Positions 36,708 to 47,300 are shown, numbered from the stretch's first letter. The stretch is DNA of 64,000 nt from Candidatus Parcubacteria bacterium (GCA_026395595.1 JAPLYL010000008.1:56417-120416), one strand, 5' to 3'. Program-made: numbers and translations. The notes: generated from the letters alone by a model not told the origin.

Positions 36708-37103
36708 ATGAAAACAAGAAACTTTTCAGGAACAATTGTTTTTATCGCCATGGCGTGCATCGCTATTTTGTGGTTTTCAAATATTCCGACGCAAACAGCA
36801 ACGAAAGAAGAGCAAAAACCGCCTGAAATTCTTGTCCCTCCAACAGAAAAACCCACACAGGTAACAACTTCAACCACCACTCCAATAACCCAAACTCCAA
36901 AACCAATATCTTGTCCGCCAAAAACAGGAAAGGAAGGCGAAGTCATGTGTATTGCCATCTACAAACCGGTCTGTGCAGAAGTACAAGTTCAATGCATCAA
37001 AGCCCCCTGTCCGCCGATACCATATACTTTCAGTAACTCCTGCGAAGCCTGCGCAAATCCTTTAGCCAAAGAATATACAGAAGGAGAATGTGTAAAAAAG
37101 TAA
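36708..37103 (+). CDS. Secreted protein with Thr/Pro-rich linker and Cys-rich Kazal-like domain
   Basis: Signal peptide. YKPVC and TFSNSCEAC match the Kazal YxPVC / TYxNxCxxC core. There are 8 Cys. Confidence 0.45.
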   Translation: MKTRNFSGTIVFIAMACIAILWFSNIPTQTATKEEQKPPEILVPPTEKPTQVTTSTTTPITQTPKPISCPPKTGKEGEVMCIAIYKPVCAEVQVQCIKAPCPPIPYTFSNSCEACANPLAKEYTEGECVKK

Positions 37104-37364
37104 AACATTATTAACTCTATTATTTTTAATACATACTATGAAACAATCGCAAATTCCACCAATGGATAAAGAAAGAAATGTCCGTCAAAATCAACACGTA
37201 ACCAGAGCTCCGCGAATGGAAATGAGAAGAGAGAAAAAGAAATAAACGAAAAGGAATAAGCAAAAAGCAACAAGAAAAAAGGAGACGGCGACCGTTTCCT
37301 TTTTTCTTGTTTGCTACTCTTTATTCCTGTTCCCCTGCTTTAACATATTTGTTATACTTTTTCT

Positions 37365-38450
37365 ATGCTTCAAATAATCATTTTCGCAACCATAGCTATC
37401 GGTCTTCTTGCTGTTACGCATGTCTTTCTCTTCTTTTCTTTCATAAAATTCTTCACCGTTGAGTCGGTAAAAATGCAATACTTTATCGGAAGCATTTTGA
37501 TTTTTCTTCCCGTCGGACTAATTTGTGCGCAGATTCTCTCTCATTTTTACGATACCTATTTTTCTCGTTGTATTTTTTATCTTTTCAATCTCTGGTTCGG
37601 AACTCTGACCGCACTCCTTACTTTTTTTATTTTGGCGTGGATAGCCACTCTTCCTCCCTTCAATGCTCCGCGTTTTGTATTGGGAAGCATCGTACTGTTC
37701 GCCTCTATCGCCTATACCTCGTATGGGATATGGAATGCCTACCATCCAGAAATAAAACATATTACCGTTACGATAAAAAATCTTCCGGAAGGGTGGAAAG
37801 GCAAAAAAGTCGTTCAGGCCTCTGACATTCATCTCGGATTTATTTGGAGTGAAGCTTTTTTCCACCGGCTTATTGCCGATATTAACGTGCAAAAACCGGA
37901 AGCGGTATTTATTACCGGAGACCTTTTTGACGGGACGGGAGACAAATTTGATTATGTCGCCAACGATCTCAGAAAACTTATCGCGCCGAAAGGTTCTTAC
38001 TTTATCACCGGCAATCACGAGACGTATTTCGGCGTTGAAAAATCGTACGCGCTCCTTCAAAATTCCGGCGTCACCATACTTCGAGATGAAATGAAAAACG
38101 TAGACGGTCTGCAAATCGTCGGGATAAACTTTGAAAACAAAAAAGTGACGGATACGCTCGCAAAAATGCCAGAATACGACAGAAACGGTCCCTCCATTCT
38201 TCTCTATCATGAACCGGCAAGAACCGACGAAGCCAAAGCTTCGGGAATCAAACTCCAACTCTCTGGACATACTCATGCCGGGCAAATTTTCCCATACGGC
38301 TTTATTACCTCCCTCTATTATTCCAGTCTTGATTACGGATTACACAAATTCGGCGATTATACCCTGTACACTTCCAGCGGAGCCGGCACATGGGGTCCGG
38401 CGATGAGAGTCGGTACAAATTCCGAAATCGTCGTCATTACGCTTCAATAA
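37365..38450 (+). CDS. Membrane-anchored metallophosphoesterase (calcineurin-like)
   Basis: GDLFDGTGD, GNHE and GHTH motifs. N-terminal TM helices. Confidence 0.85.
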   Translation: MLQIIIFATIAIGLLAVTHVFLFFSFIKFFTVESVKMQYFIGSILIFLPVGLICAQILSHFYDTYFSRCIFYLFNLWFGTLTALLTFFILAWIATLPPFNAPRFVLGSIVLFASIAYTSYGIWNAYHPEIKHITVTIKNLPEGWKGKKVVQASDIHLGFIWSEAFFHRLIADINVQKPEAVFITGDLFDGTGDKFDYVANDLRKLIAPKGSYFITGNHETYFGVEKSYALLQNSGVTILRDEMKNVDGLQIVGINFENKKVTDTLAKMPEYDRNGPSILLYHEPARTDEAKASGIKLQLSGHTHAGQIFPYGFITSLYYSSLDYGLHKFGDYTLYTSSGAGTWGPAMRVGTNSEIVVITLQ

Positions 38451-38458
38451 AAAAAGAA

Positions 38459-38492
38459 ACCGCCCCGATAGACAATCGGGGCGGTGTTTTTT
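38459..38492. terminator. Bidirectional terminator (ccgccccga-tagacaa-tcggggcgg)
   Basis: Nine-bp GC stem followed by a T-run. A similar stem recurs at about 44303. Confidence 0.6.
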
Positions 38493-39453
38493 AAAGAACC
38501 ATATTAAATAAATAGCCGGTCAGGATAATACCAATACCGACAACACTAAAGTACAAAGCCAAAAGTTTTGGTTTTAACACATTACGAAGGATAATCATTT
38601 CAGGAAGAGAAAGCGCCGTGACCGACATCATAAAAGCCAACGCTGTCCCCATGGGCAAACCTTTTTCAACCAATGATCGCACAATAGGTATCGTTCCCGC
38701 CGCGTTTGAGTATAAAGGAATACCTATTAAAACAACAATAATTACGGCAAACGGATTACTTGCACTGGCATACGTAGAAAGAAACCCTTCAGGCAAATAT
38801 CCGTGAATTCCCGCACCCAAAGCGACACCAATGAGAACATAAGGGAAAATTTTTTTCACTAAATCTTTCGTGTAATAATAAGATGAAAATAACCGTTGTT
38901 TTACTGTCAATTTTTCTTCCCATTCTTCTCCTTCCGATTTGAATTCCCAAACATATTCTTCAACTAAATGTTCCAATTTCATTTTTCCAAAAATAACCCC
39001 TGCCACGATAGAGAGAAAAATTCCTGAAATTACATACAAAAGCGCGACTTTCCATCCGAACATCCCAAACAAGAGAACAACAGCAATTTCATTCACCATT
39101 GGTGCAGAAATCAGATAAGAAAAGGTGACGCCAAGGGGAACCCCAGCTTCCAAAAGTCCAATAAACAGAGGAACGGCGGAACACGAACAAAAAGGAGTAA
39201 TAACACCAAGTAAAGAGGCGAGGATATTACCGACAAAGGAAAATCGGTTGGAAAGCATTCGTCTTATTTTTTGTGCAGGAAGATATGACCGAATAAGAGT
39301 AATAACAAAAACGATAACAGAGAGAAGCAATCCTATTTTTATGCTATCGTAAATGAAAAAATGAAGGGAGGTATACAAGACATCGTTCGGAGAGAGAGTG
39401 GTAAAAGCCAATAACCAATCCGCAAATTTTTCTACCGGATAAAAAATAGACAT
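38491..39453 (-). CDS. Permease of the DUF318/UPF0718 family (CxC-containing)
   Basis: PFCSCSAVPLF motif. Multi-TM protein. Operonic with a thioredoxin-like protein and ArsR. Confidence 0.7.
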   Translation of the reverse strand: MSIFYPVEKFADWLLAFTTLSPNDVLYTSLHFFIYDSIKIGLLLSVIVFVITLIRSYLPAQKIRRMLSNRFSFVGNILASLLGVITPFCSCSAVPLFIGLLEAGVPLGVTFSYLISAPMVNEIAVVLLFGMFGWKVALLYVISGIFLSIVAGVIFGKMKLEHLVEEYVWEFKSEGEEWEEKLTVKQRLFSSYYYTKDLVKKIFPYVLIGVALGAGIHGYLPEGFLSTYASASNPFAVIIVVLIGIPLYSNAAGTIPIVRSLVEKGLPMGTALAFMMSVTALSLPEMIILRNVLKPKLLALYFSVVGIGIILTGYLFNMVL

Positions 39454-39464
39454 GATATCATTCC

Positions 39465-39755
39465 TTATTGGTTATCAAGAAGTATTTTTTTAATTTTCTC
39501 TTTTTTAACTTCTTCCGGCTCAAGATCAAATCCTATCATCACCGCTTTTCCTCGGATGGTAATTATCGGGGTTTTTAAAACCTTCAGTTTTAAAACTTCT
39601 TTAATGTCGGGAACGTAGATAATTGACTCCGTGATTCCGACTTCTTTTGCCACTCGAGAAACAAGGTTAAACAATTTTTTACATGTCGGACACCCGGAAC
39701 CAAGGACTTTAATATCCATCGGAGTTGTTTCAGTTTTTTTATGTTCTTCTGTCAT
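39465..39755 (-). CDS. Thioredoxin-fold redox-active disulfide protein
   Basis: MDIKVLGSGCPTCKKL CxxC motif. The ORF track extends to 39833, but a start at about 39755 or 39719 avoids overlap with arsR. Confidence 0.55.
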   Translation of the reverse strand: MTEEHKKTETTPMDIKVLGSGCPTCKKLFNLVSRVAKEVGITESIIYVPDIKEVLKLKVLKTPIITIRGKAVMIGFDLEPEEVKKEKIKKILLDNQ

Positions 39756-39766
39756 TTCTTTCCCCT

Positions 39767-40036
39767 TTATAATTTTCTTAAAAAACCTCGCAATTCTGCA
39801 AAACTTTTTTTGTTCAAAGAATAATGTATCCATTTCCCCTCCCTGTGTGCGATAATAAGATTGCTTTTTCGTAAAGTTCCCAGATGATACGAAACCAGAT
39901 TTTGCGGTAATTTCAGATTTTCAAGAATCTCACACACACACTTTTCGCCAATAGAAAGATATTGGATAATTTTTATCCTTTCACTCCCTCCGAGAACTTT
40001 AAATGTCTGCGCTATTTTTTTGTGGTTCATATACAT
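39767..40036 (-). CDS. ArsR/SmtB family transcriptional regulator
   Basis: EKCVCEILE metal-sensing-type helix and a winged HTH. Length is 89 aa. Confidence 0.75.
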   Translation of the reverse strand: MYMNHKKIAQTFKVLGGSERIKIIQYLSIGEKCVCEILENLKLPQNLVSYHLGTLRKSNLIIAHREGKWIHYSLNKKSFAELRGFLRKL

Positions 40037-40091
40037 ATCAAAGAACTTTGATATGACTTATACTAGCACAATCGTTTTTTGTGTCAATAAA

Positions 40092-40121
40092 AAATCGGCG
40101 ACCCGTTTGAGGGTCGCCGAT
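40092..40121 (-). terminator. Terminator after ALDH gene
   Basis: aatcggcgaccc-gtttga-gggtcgccgatt is a perfect 12-bp stem. Confidence 0.6.
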
Positions 40122-40127
40122 TGCGTT

Positions 40128-41693
40128 TTAACTTTGTATCAATTTAGCCGAATAATCTATCGGACCGACGTCGCGGATAATACATCTTGGAGAGCTCCAT
40201 GTGTTGATGATTGCTTGCGGAGTACCGATACCGGCGCCGCGAGGATCGCCACAGGGGCCGAACCAATGATTTTGAGGAGCGCCGGTTGTGCGAGCGCGCA
40301 TGCCCGCATAGGTCGTTCCGTTCACAGTTGAACCAAGCACACGATTGATAAAAACGGGGTCATCTGAAACCACAGCTGCGGTCAAATGATTTTCCATACG
40401 ATCACAGGCTTCCAGTACGTATTCAGTATCTCTATTTTCATAAGAAGTGACCAACTGAAACGGACCAAAAACTTCGGTCGTCGCAGTATTCCAATATCTT
40501 GGCAATAAAATTTGCTTAAGCGGGACATATACCGCCGTCGGTTCTATCGCGCCATAACAATCCGGAATAGTGTGATTTATAAGAGGTTTTCCGCCGAACA
40601 GAAGTCTCGCTCCGGGAATTTCAAGAAGCTTGTTCATGTGGTGCAACATCTCTTTCGTCTTCCACGTAAGAACCGGGCCAACGGTGAGGTCGTGAAGATT
40701 CCGCGAATAAGCTAAGGATTTTAATTTGGAAAAAAGACCGCCATCCACCCAATTGTTATGAGCAAAAAGGATGGAAGTCGCCGAGCATTTTTGTCCGCTT
40801 GCCGCATACGCATCTTGGTCGCATTGCCAAGCAACATAATCAAGATTTTCTTTATTGAAATCCGGACCGAGAATTTTCCAGTCAAAACCGGCATCTTCAA
40901 TGCGCACTTTTCCGCGCATAATCTGTGAAATTTCTTCCGCAACGTTGCTTGAACCGGTGAATTGAACGAGACGGATAATATCTTTTCCTTGTTTCAATAA
41001 TTCGTTCATCACGGAACCGCGACAGTGGATAAGGTCAACATCTCCCATCGGCAAACCGCAAAAGTGAAGCAGGGCCAAGAATTGGTCAATAACCACACTC
41101 ACGGTCGTCGCCGATTTAATGAGCGGTTTATTGCCCATATAAAGTGCGCCCATCAATTGCAAGACGGGAATTTCCATCGGAAAGTTAAACGGCGCGATAA
41201 TTACCGCGGAGCCATAGGGCCACTGATAATCCTGCGGTTGCTGTCCGAAGTGATCACCGGGGGTTGTCTTCCCCGTCGCCAGAAACCGCACTTGGTCTCC
41301 GGAAAAGTTTTTCAAAAATTGTTTCGTTACGACGACTTCGCCACGCGCTTGCGCGTACGATTTCGGCATTACGCTTTGGATAAGGCGAGTAAAGTACCCC
41401 TCAACAGCAGAATCTTCCAAAGCCATTGCCGCCTTAAAAGAAACTTCGCCGAGCATTTTATAGCGCTCAACATTTTTTATCGGATTATGTAGCCCGCTTT
41501 TCGGACACTTCGCCAACGACTCCAAAAATGGCGCAATTTCGTCCGCTTGAGTATCGGGATATTCCAACAGTGGCGTTCCCTCAAGCGGGTTTATAAGTAC
41601 AGCCATTTTCGCCGTATTCACATATTCCCCGCCGACGATGTTGCATAAATGTTTTTGGTCGTCTTTCAATGCTTCTAACAAGTCTTTATACAT
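40128..41693 (-). CDS. Aldehyde dehydrogenase superfamily protein (possibly 1-pyrroline-5-carboxylate dehydrogenase type)
   Basis: FTGSSNVAEEI and catalytic GQKCSATS motifs. Length is 521 aa. Confidence 0.75.
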   Translation of the reverse strand: MYKDLLEALKDDQKHLCNIVGGEYVNTAKMAVLINPLEGTPLLEYPDTQADEIAPFLESLAKCPKSGLHNPIKNVERYKMLGEVSFKAAMALEDSAVEGYFTRLIQSVMPKSYAQARGEVVVTKQFLKNFSGDQVRFLATGKTTPGDHFGQQPQDYQWPYGSAVIIAPFNFPMEIPVLQLMGALYMGNKPLIKSATTVSVVIDQFLALLHFCGLPMGDVDLIHCRGSVMNELLKQGKDIIRLVQFTGSSNVAEEISQIMRGKVRIEDAGFDWKILGPDFNKENLDYVAWQCDQDAYAASGQKCSATSILFAHNNWVDGGLFSKLKSLAYSRNLHDLTVGPVLTWKTKEMLHHMNKLLEIPGARLLFGGKPLINHTIPDCYGAIEPTAVYVPLKQILLPRYWNTATTEVFGPFQLVTSYENRDTEYVLEACDRMENHLTAAVVSDDPVFINRVLGSTVNGTTYAGMRARTTGAPQNHWFGPCGDPRGAGIGTPQAIINTWSSPRCIIRDVGPIDYSAKLIQS

Positions 41694-41857
41694 CAGATAC
41701 TCTCCATTTCTCGCCTGCCATAGCCTCTGGCAAAGGCGGGTTTTTTGTTAAAAATCAATCCGTGCTTATTCTGCCTAATTTTGTCATAAATGTCAATAAA
41801 AATCGGGACTTTTTCGTGCTATAATACCAGCGGAAAAACACGAAGAAGGAGGTCTTT

Positions 41858-42307
41858 ATGAAACCCCTCAAATACGCTATTTTGGCAGTTCTATTTCTTT
41901 TTGTCAGTTGTAAACCTCCGCAACAAGCAGACCCGGGCGGACGATGGCGCGGGTATATGGATCGCGTCGCTTCAACGCAAAAAACGGGAGCGAGCGTTCT
42001 CATTGATTATGAATGTGATAGTTCGTGCCTTATTCTTCTCTCTTCCGGACCTGGGCTTCGTATTTCAAAAGACGCCAAGTTCGGTGTTCACGAAACGAGA
42101 TATGTTCTTCCTCACTCCGAGTACTTGGACAATACCAGCAAAAGAAGTGAAGTCGGCACCAAACTTTTCAAAACACTGCTTCCCGAATGTCACGATTTAT
42201 TCGTGGCGTTTATTGTCGTTTCCTTTTTTCTTATTGTTTTTTTCTTTTCCCTTCGTGTTATCGTATGGTATTTTCCACCAACACTTCCGTTGCTTCTTCT
42301 TCACTAA
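41858..42307 (+). CDS. Hypothetical lipoprotein
   Basis: Signal peptide with lipobox LFVSC. The 3' end overlaps the MATE gene's ORF track, so the real stop region is uncertain. Confidence 0.4.
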   Translation: MKPLKYAILAVLFLFVSCKPPQQADPGGRWRGYMDRVASTQKTGASVLIDYECDSSCLILLSSGPGLRISKDAKFGVHETRYVLPHSEYLDNTSKRSEVGTKLFKTLLPECHDLFVAFIVVSFFLIVFFFSLRVIVWYFPPTLPLLLLH

Positions 42308-43673
42308 TCAGACGCTTGTGCTTCCAGTCCCCTTTTAGGAACCACACAACAGCCAAGAGCGCGGTAAAAACATACGAAACGGGAAATGCCCACCATATCC
42401 CGATTTCATGAAGGGAGGTATGTTTGGAAAGAAGATAGGCAACGGGGAATTGAAAAACCCAGAGAGAAACGACGGAAAACAAAAGAGGAACCATCATATT
42501 TCCCGAAGCGCGAAACACTCCGGAAAGCGACATCTGTAAACCGAGGAAACCGAAAGTGAGAGCGATGATGCGCAAAAAAACCGCACCCTGCCCTATCACC
42601 TCGGGATCGTTCGGAACAAAAAAACTGACGAGACGCGGAGCAAAAACAAAACAAAAAATTCCGACGACCGTGAGAAAAACAAAAGAAATAAACGCACCCA
42701 AAATAGCAGTATCATGCGCGCGTTTTATCTTCCCCGCCCCGATATTATGTCCAACCAAAACAGATGTTGCCACGGAAAGCCCAAGCGCCGGTATGACCAC
42801 TACCTGCAAGATATTGGAACCGACCCCATACACCGCCGTCACGACCGTACCAAAGCTGGTGATAAGGAACGTCATCGTCAGAATCCCAAAAGAACGAATA
42901 GATTGTTCCAGAGAGGCAGGAACGCCGAGAAAAAATAATTTTTTTAAGAAAATCATATCGGGAACAAAATCAGAAAGTTTAAGACAGATAGTGTAATTCC
43001 CTCGGAAGAGAAGAAATATCCCGATAAAAGCGGCAAGTGTTTGAGTTCCAAAAGTCGCCATAGCGGCACCGGCCACACCCGAGGCGGGAATGTTTTTCCA
43101 GCCAAATATAAAAAGCGGATCCAGTAAAAAATTCAGCGTCGTCGTTCCGATAATAATGATCATAGGAACTTTCACTTGCCCGATACCCCGCATAACCGAT
43201 TGAAAAGCAGTAAACCAAAACATAAACGGCAACCCAAGAAAAAGCACACGTAAAAAAAGAAGGGCGTTCAAAAACACTTCAGGAGAAACCCCCATAAGTT
43301 TCAATAAAACAGGAGAAAAAAACCAGCCGATAATTGCAAAAATTATGGAAGCAAACGTCACCAATACCAAGGTTTGTGCTACCACATGATTCACTTTTTT
43401 GTAGTTGCGCGCTCCGGCATATTGCGCGACAAGTGCCGATCCTGCAATAAGGAAACCGGTAACGATAGAGATGAGAAGAAAAGTAATAGGAAAACTGATA
43501 GAAACCGAAGCCACAGCATTCGCACCCAAACGACCTACCCAAAAAGCATCAGTGAGTTGATACGCCACTTGAAGAAGATTTATGCAAACAATGGGTATAG
43601 CAAGCATCGTCAAAGATCGGGCAATAGAACCCTCCGTCCCGCACCATTCTTTTGTTTTTGTTATCGGTTCCAT
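42258..43673 (-). CDS. MATE family efflux transporter
   Basis: Twelve-TM duplicated architecture. The likely start is MEPITKTKEW at about 43673. The ORF track extends to 43823. Confidence 0.75.
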   Translation of the reverse strand: MEPITKTKEWCGTEGSIARSLTMLAIPIVCINLLQVAYQLTDAFWVGRLGANAVASVSISFPITFLLISIVTGFLIAGSALVAQYAGARNYKKVNHVVAQTLVLVTFASIIFAIIGWFFSPVLLKLMGVSPEVFLNALLFLRVLFLGLPFMFWFTAFQSVMRGIGQVKVPMIIIIGTTTLNFLLDPLFIFGWKNIPASGVAGAAMATFGTQTLAAFIGIFLLFRGNYTICLKLSDFVPDMIFLKKLFFLGVPASLEQSIRSFGILTMTFLITSFGTVVTAVYGVGSNILQVVVIPALGLSVATSVLVGHNIGAGKIKRAHDTAILGAFISFVFLTVVGIFCFVFAPRLVSFFVPNDPEVIGQGAVFLRIIALTFGFLGLQMSLSGVFRASGNMMVPLLFSVVSLWVFQFPVAYLLSKHTSLHEIGIWWAFPVSYVFTALLAVVWFLKGDWKHKRLISEEEATEVLVENTIR

Positions 43674-43922
43674 ATAAAATAATATCGCATTGCAAGGGTA
43701 GTCCTTAAGGAGGTGAGGAATGGGTTGGGGCCCATTCCGTAAGACCTTTTGAGAGATTTTATGAGGTACGAATAAAATATCCAAAAAGTGTACCGTCCAT
43801 GTAATGGAAGGAGCGAAGCGCAATGACGGGGAAAGGACTGCCCTTGGGGTGATTTCACTTTGAATCTATTTATAAAATACGTTATACTACGAAATATCTT
43901 ATAAGTATACCCTTTTATCTCT

Positions 43923-44291
43923 ATGAACAACATGGAAAAAACAAGCGTTCGTCCGAAAATATCGGAAAACGACAAAAAAATACAAGAAAATCTTATCTCC
44001 GCTTTTGAAGAAAACAAATGCCCTTCATGTGGTAAAGACATCGGTCTTTTGGGAATTGAAAACTGGAATGGTTTTTGCGACGAAGATTGTTTCCAAAAAT
44101 ACAAAGGAGGGGACCAAAATCTCGCTATGGCCGGAGGAGAATACGATTACCGAAAATCCCTCGCCAGAGATGCCGAAAAACTCGGTATGGACGTAAATGA
44201 ATACAAAAAGCTCAGAGAAGAAAAGAAACTCTCGTTTGCGGAAATACAAGACGGAATAAGAAACGAAGAACAGCAAAAAATGGCCGCATAA
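43923..44291 (+). CDS. Hypothetical protein with CxxC...C zinc-binding N-terminus
   Basis: ORF of 122 aa. CPSCGKD...CDEDC. Confidence 0.45.
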   Translation: MNNMEKTSVRPKISENDKKIQENLISAFEENKCPSCGKDIGLLGIENWNGFCDEDCFQKYKGGDQNLAMAGGEYDYRKSLARDAEKLGMDVNEYKKLREEKKLSFAEIQDGIRNEEQQKMAA

Positions 44292-44302
44292 AAAATAACT
44301 GA

Positions 44303-44333
44303 AAAAAAACGCCCCGAGCAATCGGGGCGTTTA
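44303..44333. terminator. Bidirectional terminator (cgccccga-gcaa-tcggggcg)
   Basis: GC stem between an A-run and a T-run. Confidence 0.55.
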
Positions 44334-44339
44334 CTCGTA

Positions 44340-47000
44340 TTATTGAGCTAAACTTTTTTCAATTTTTTCCATCGTTCCTTTTACTTTTTCCATGGGAACT
44401 TTCAGAAGTTCTTCTTTCAAACGCAAAAGTTCCGTTTTCATCATTTCTTGAAGTCTTGGAATGTATCGTTTCCAATTAGTCAGAGATGAAACCATTCGCG
44501 AAGCGACAATATCATTCTTTGGAGCATAGCCTATAAGGAAATCGGTCAAGAACGCATACCCTTCTTTCGTATGGAAATGTTTAGCATTCCCTCCGGCAAA
44601 AGCGCCGACCAAAGCCCGTACTCGATTCGGATTATTGATGTCAAAATCCGGATGATTCATCAGCGCTTTGACACGCCCTATCGCGCCCTTTTCCTCAGAA
44701 TATGCTTGTACAGCGAACCACATATCAGTGACGTTATTATCACCCTTGAATTGTTCATAGAATCTATGAAGTGAATCTGAGGCAGAATTGGAAAATCCAT
44801 ATTTTGCAACACGATCAACCAAACAAGAAAGCGCCGTATATTTATCTGACATACCTTTCGCACGAGCATATTGTCCAAATATCCGAACCTCGTTTACATC
44901 AAGTTCCGTCAAATAGCCAAGAGCGGTATTAGCAACCGAACGTCTAGCTACCGATTCCGGGTCAAAAGAAAGTTCGGCATCAAAATCGCTCCGATTTTCC
45001 TTGTATAAGCGTTCAAATTCCTTGCGGTACATTCTCGCTAAAACACGATAAGCAAAAGTACGCGCTTTATGAATCGCGTGAGGATCAACTTTTTCGCTCA
45101 TATTAGAAAGTGTTCTGGAACCCGGCAAACACATCATTTCTGCAAGCAAATTCTTATCAATACTCTTTTCGCGGAGTATGGAACCGAATGCTTGTATAAA
45201 ACTATCTTCCAAAACAAGCGTTCTTCCAACTTTTGCGTCTTCCACAAGTTTGAGCAATACTTGCGCGCCATAGGTTTGACTCGCATCCCAACGAGCAAAC
45301 AAACTCGTGTCATACGCCATCAAGTGCGCTAATTCGCCGCCCGCATATTCATACTTCACTTTAACCGGAGCAAAATTCCGATTCAAAGAAAGCACTGGTT
45401 TTTCCGAAACGCAAGCAAAAACAAATTCTTGTTCTTTTTGAGTAATGCGAAGAGTTCCATCATGGTAATCGCCGGAAATTGCTCTCGCGTTTATCTCGCC
45501 TTTCTTGCCGATAAAACCGACAGAAAAAGGAATATCAAACGGTTCAAGTTCTTTTCCTTCCTTCAAAGGAGTCGTTTCCTGCTTTACAAGAAGACGAAGT
45601 TTTTGCAAAGCTTCGTCATATTCTGAAACGATGGTCACGGTTGGCGTCCCCGATTGGGTGAACCAGTTACGGAATTGATACAGGTCAACATCATTCGCTT
45701 CTTCCATGCAACGCATTACATCTTCAATTCGGGTCGCTTGACCGTCATGGCGTTTTGCGTAAAATTTCATGCCTTTCAAAAAACCGTCCCGTCCGATAAT
45801 GCCTTCCAGCATTTTGTACACTTCCGCGCCTTTTTGGTAAACCGTTGAGGTGTACATATTATTCGGTTCTTTAATTACCTCCGGGCGTATCGCATGACGA
45901 TTCGGGCCTGCATCTTCCGAAAACTGTCCGGAACGAATACTGGAAACATCATCAATTTCTTTGCGAAGTCCCCAACCGCGATAATCCTTAGAAAAAAGGC
46001 AGTCGCGGCGAACTGTAATGCTTTCTTTTACTCCGAGTTCTCGCCAGTCAACATTGGTAATCCGATTTCCCGTCCAGTTATGAAAATACTCATGACCGAT
46101 AACCCCTTCAACGTGTTCGTAAGTAGAATCAGCCGCTGTTTCCGGACTGGCAAGTACGCACGACACATTAAAGATATTCAGTCCTTTGTTTTCCATTGCG
46201 CCCATATTGAAATACGGGGTCGCGACAATTTTGTAATCGTCAACATCACACTCGTATCCGTACCAGTCTTCATCATACTTCATCGCGTGTTTGAGCGAAT
46301 CCATCGCATGATGGCATTTTTCAATGTCTTTCTTATCGGCGTAAATTTCAAGATTTACACTGCGTCCGGACATCGCCAAATACGAATCTTTCAGTACTTC
46401 CAATTTTCCCGCCACCAAAGCGAATAAATAGCTTGGTATGGGGAACGGCAGGTCGTAGGCCTTCCAATGCGATCCGTTTTTTTCTCCTTCATCAACCAAG
46501 TTGCCGTTGGAAAGTATGACCGGATATTTTTCTTTGTTGCCGATGATAGTGGTGCGAAATGGCGCCATTACTTTCGGCATATCAAGGTAAGGTACGATCT
46601 TGCGAAATCCTTCCGGTTCGTTTTGAGTCAGAAGCATATCGCCCGCCGCATACAACCCTTCACCGGTCGTATTGTTTTTCGGGTCTATCAAAACAACGGT
46701 TTCCACTTTGCACCCGTTGGGTACTCCGTGGAGAATAAGCTTGTTGCCGGTACGTTCGTGCCGAAAAACCCACCCATTTATTTTAAGACTTAACAGCTTC
46801 ACTTCAGGGGCCAAATCCAAAGTAAGCGGAGTATTATCCGCCACTTTTGGATTTCGCCGTATCCGATAAGTCGCCGTCACCTTTGTTTCATTTTCGGGGG
46901 TTGCGTCAAGTTCAAATCGTAGATCCACTCGCCCTATGGGGATATAATCCGCTTCAGGATAGTGTTTGTCTAGTTCGTGCGGTTTGCGCGGTTCGTTCAT
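44340..47000 (-). CDS. pepN: Aminopeptidase N (M1 family zinc metallopeptidase)
   Basis: GAMEN exopeptidase motif and HEYFHNWTGNRIT (HExxH plus E). Length is 886 aa. Confidence 0.9.
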   Translation of the reverse strand: MNEPRKPHELDKHYPEADYIPIGRVDLRFELDATPENETKVTATYRIRRNPKVADNTPLTLDLAPEVKLLSLKINGWVFRHERTGNKLILHGVPNGCKVETVVLIDPKNNTTGEGLYAAGDMLLTQNEPEGFRKIVPYLDMPKVMAPFRTTIIGNKEKYPVILSNGNLVDEGEKNGSHWKAYDLPFPIPSYLFALVAGKLEVLKDSYLAMSGRSVNLEIYADKKDIEKCHHAMDSLKHAMKYDEDWYGYECDVDDYKIVATPYFNMGAMENKGLNIFNVSCVLASPETAADSTYEHVEGVIGHEYFHNWTGNRITNVDWRELGVKESITVRRDCLFSKDYRGWGLRKEIDDVSSIRSGQFSEDAGPNRHAIRPEVIKEPNNMYTSTVYQKGAEVYKMLEGIIGRDGFLKGMKFYAKRHDGQATRIEDVMRCMEEANDVDLYQFRNWFTQSGTPTVTIVSEYDEALQKLRLLVKQETTPLKEGKELEPFDIPFSVGFIGKKGEINARAISGDYHDGTLRITQKEQEFVFACVSEKPVLSLNRNFAPVKVKYEYAGGELAHLMAYDTSLFARWDASQTYGAQVLLKLVEDAKVGRTLVLEDSFIQAFGSILREKSIDKNLLAEMMCLPGSRTLSNMSEKVDPHAIHKARTFAYRVLARMYRKEFERLYKENRSDFDAELSFDPESVARRSVANTALGYLTELDVNEVRIFGQYARAKGMSDKYTALSCLVDRVAKYGFSNSASDSLHRFYEQFKGDNNVTDMWFAVQAYSEEKGAIGRVKALMNHPDFDINNPNRVRALVGAFAGGNAKHFHTKEGYAFLTDFLIGYAPKNDIVASRMVSSLTNWKRYIPRLQEMMKTELLRLKEELLKVPMEKVKGTMEKIEKSLAQ

Positions 47001-47149
47001 TTTCTTCTCCTTTCAGGAAAAAGTAATTTCAAGGAAAAACCTCAAAATGAAGTTTCTGTGCCTACAGTACTATAAAATGACAAAAAGTCAATACAGGCTT
47101 GTTACCGAAAAACCTCTGTGATATAGTAAACATACAATTTAATATCCAA

Positions 47150-47300
47150 TGGCCTAAACCGTTAGCATTTTGCTACGGCATGGCCGATAATCGTTCCACA
47201 CAAAAAACCCGTTATCAGGGCGTGTGGAACGTTGCGTGGGGAAACTCACACAGGGGCTTCGGCCCTCCTGGTAGCGGGTTTTTTGTACCCAAAAAAACAG
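47150..47300 (+). promoter_or_regulatory. GC-rich structured intergenic element with mutually exclusive hairpins (attenuator/riboswitch-like or sRNA)
   Basis: gttccacac...gtgtggaac hairpin competes with gtgtgg...ctcacac. Terminal gggc-ttcg-gccc and cccg...cggg are followed by a T-run. Confidence 0.35.

Noticed and set aside
37518-38285. 255-aa minus-strand ORF opposite the metallophosphoesterase
   Set aside because: It is antisense to a motif-supported gene and has no motifs of its own.
45894-46427. 177-aa plus-strand ORF inside pepN
   Set aside because: Antisense shadow ORF.
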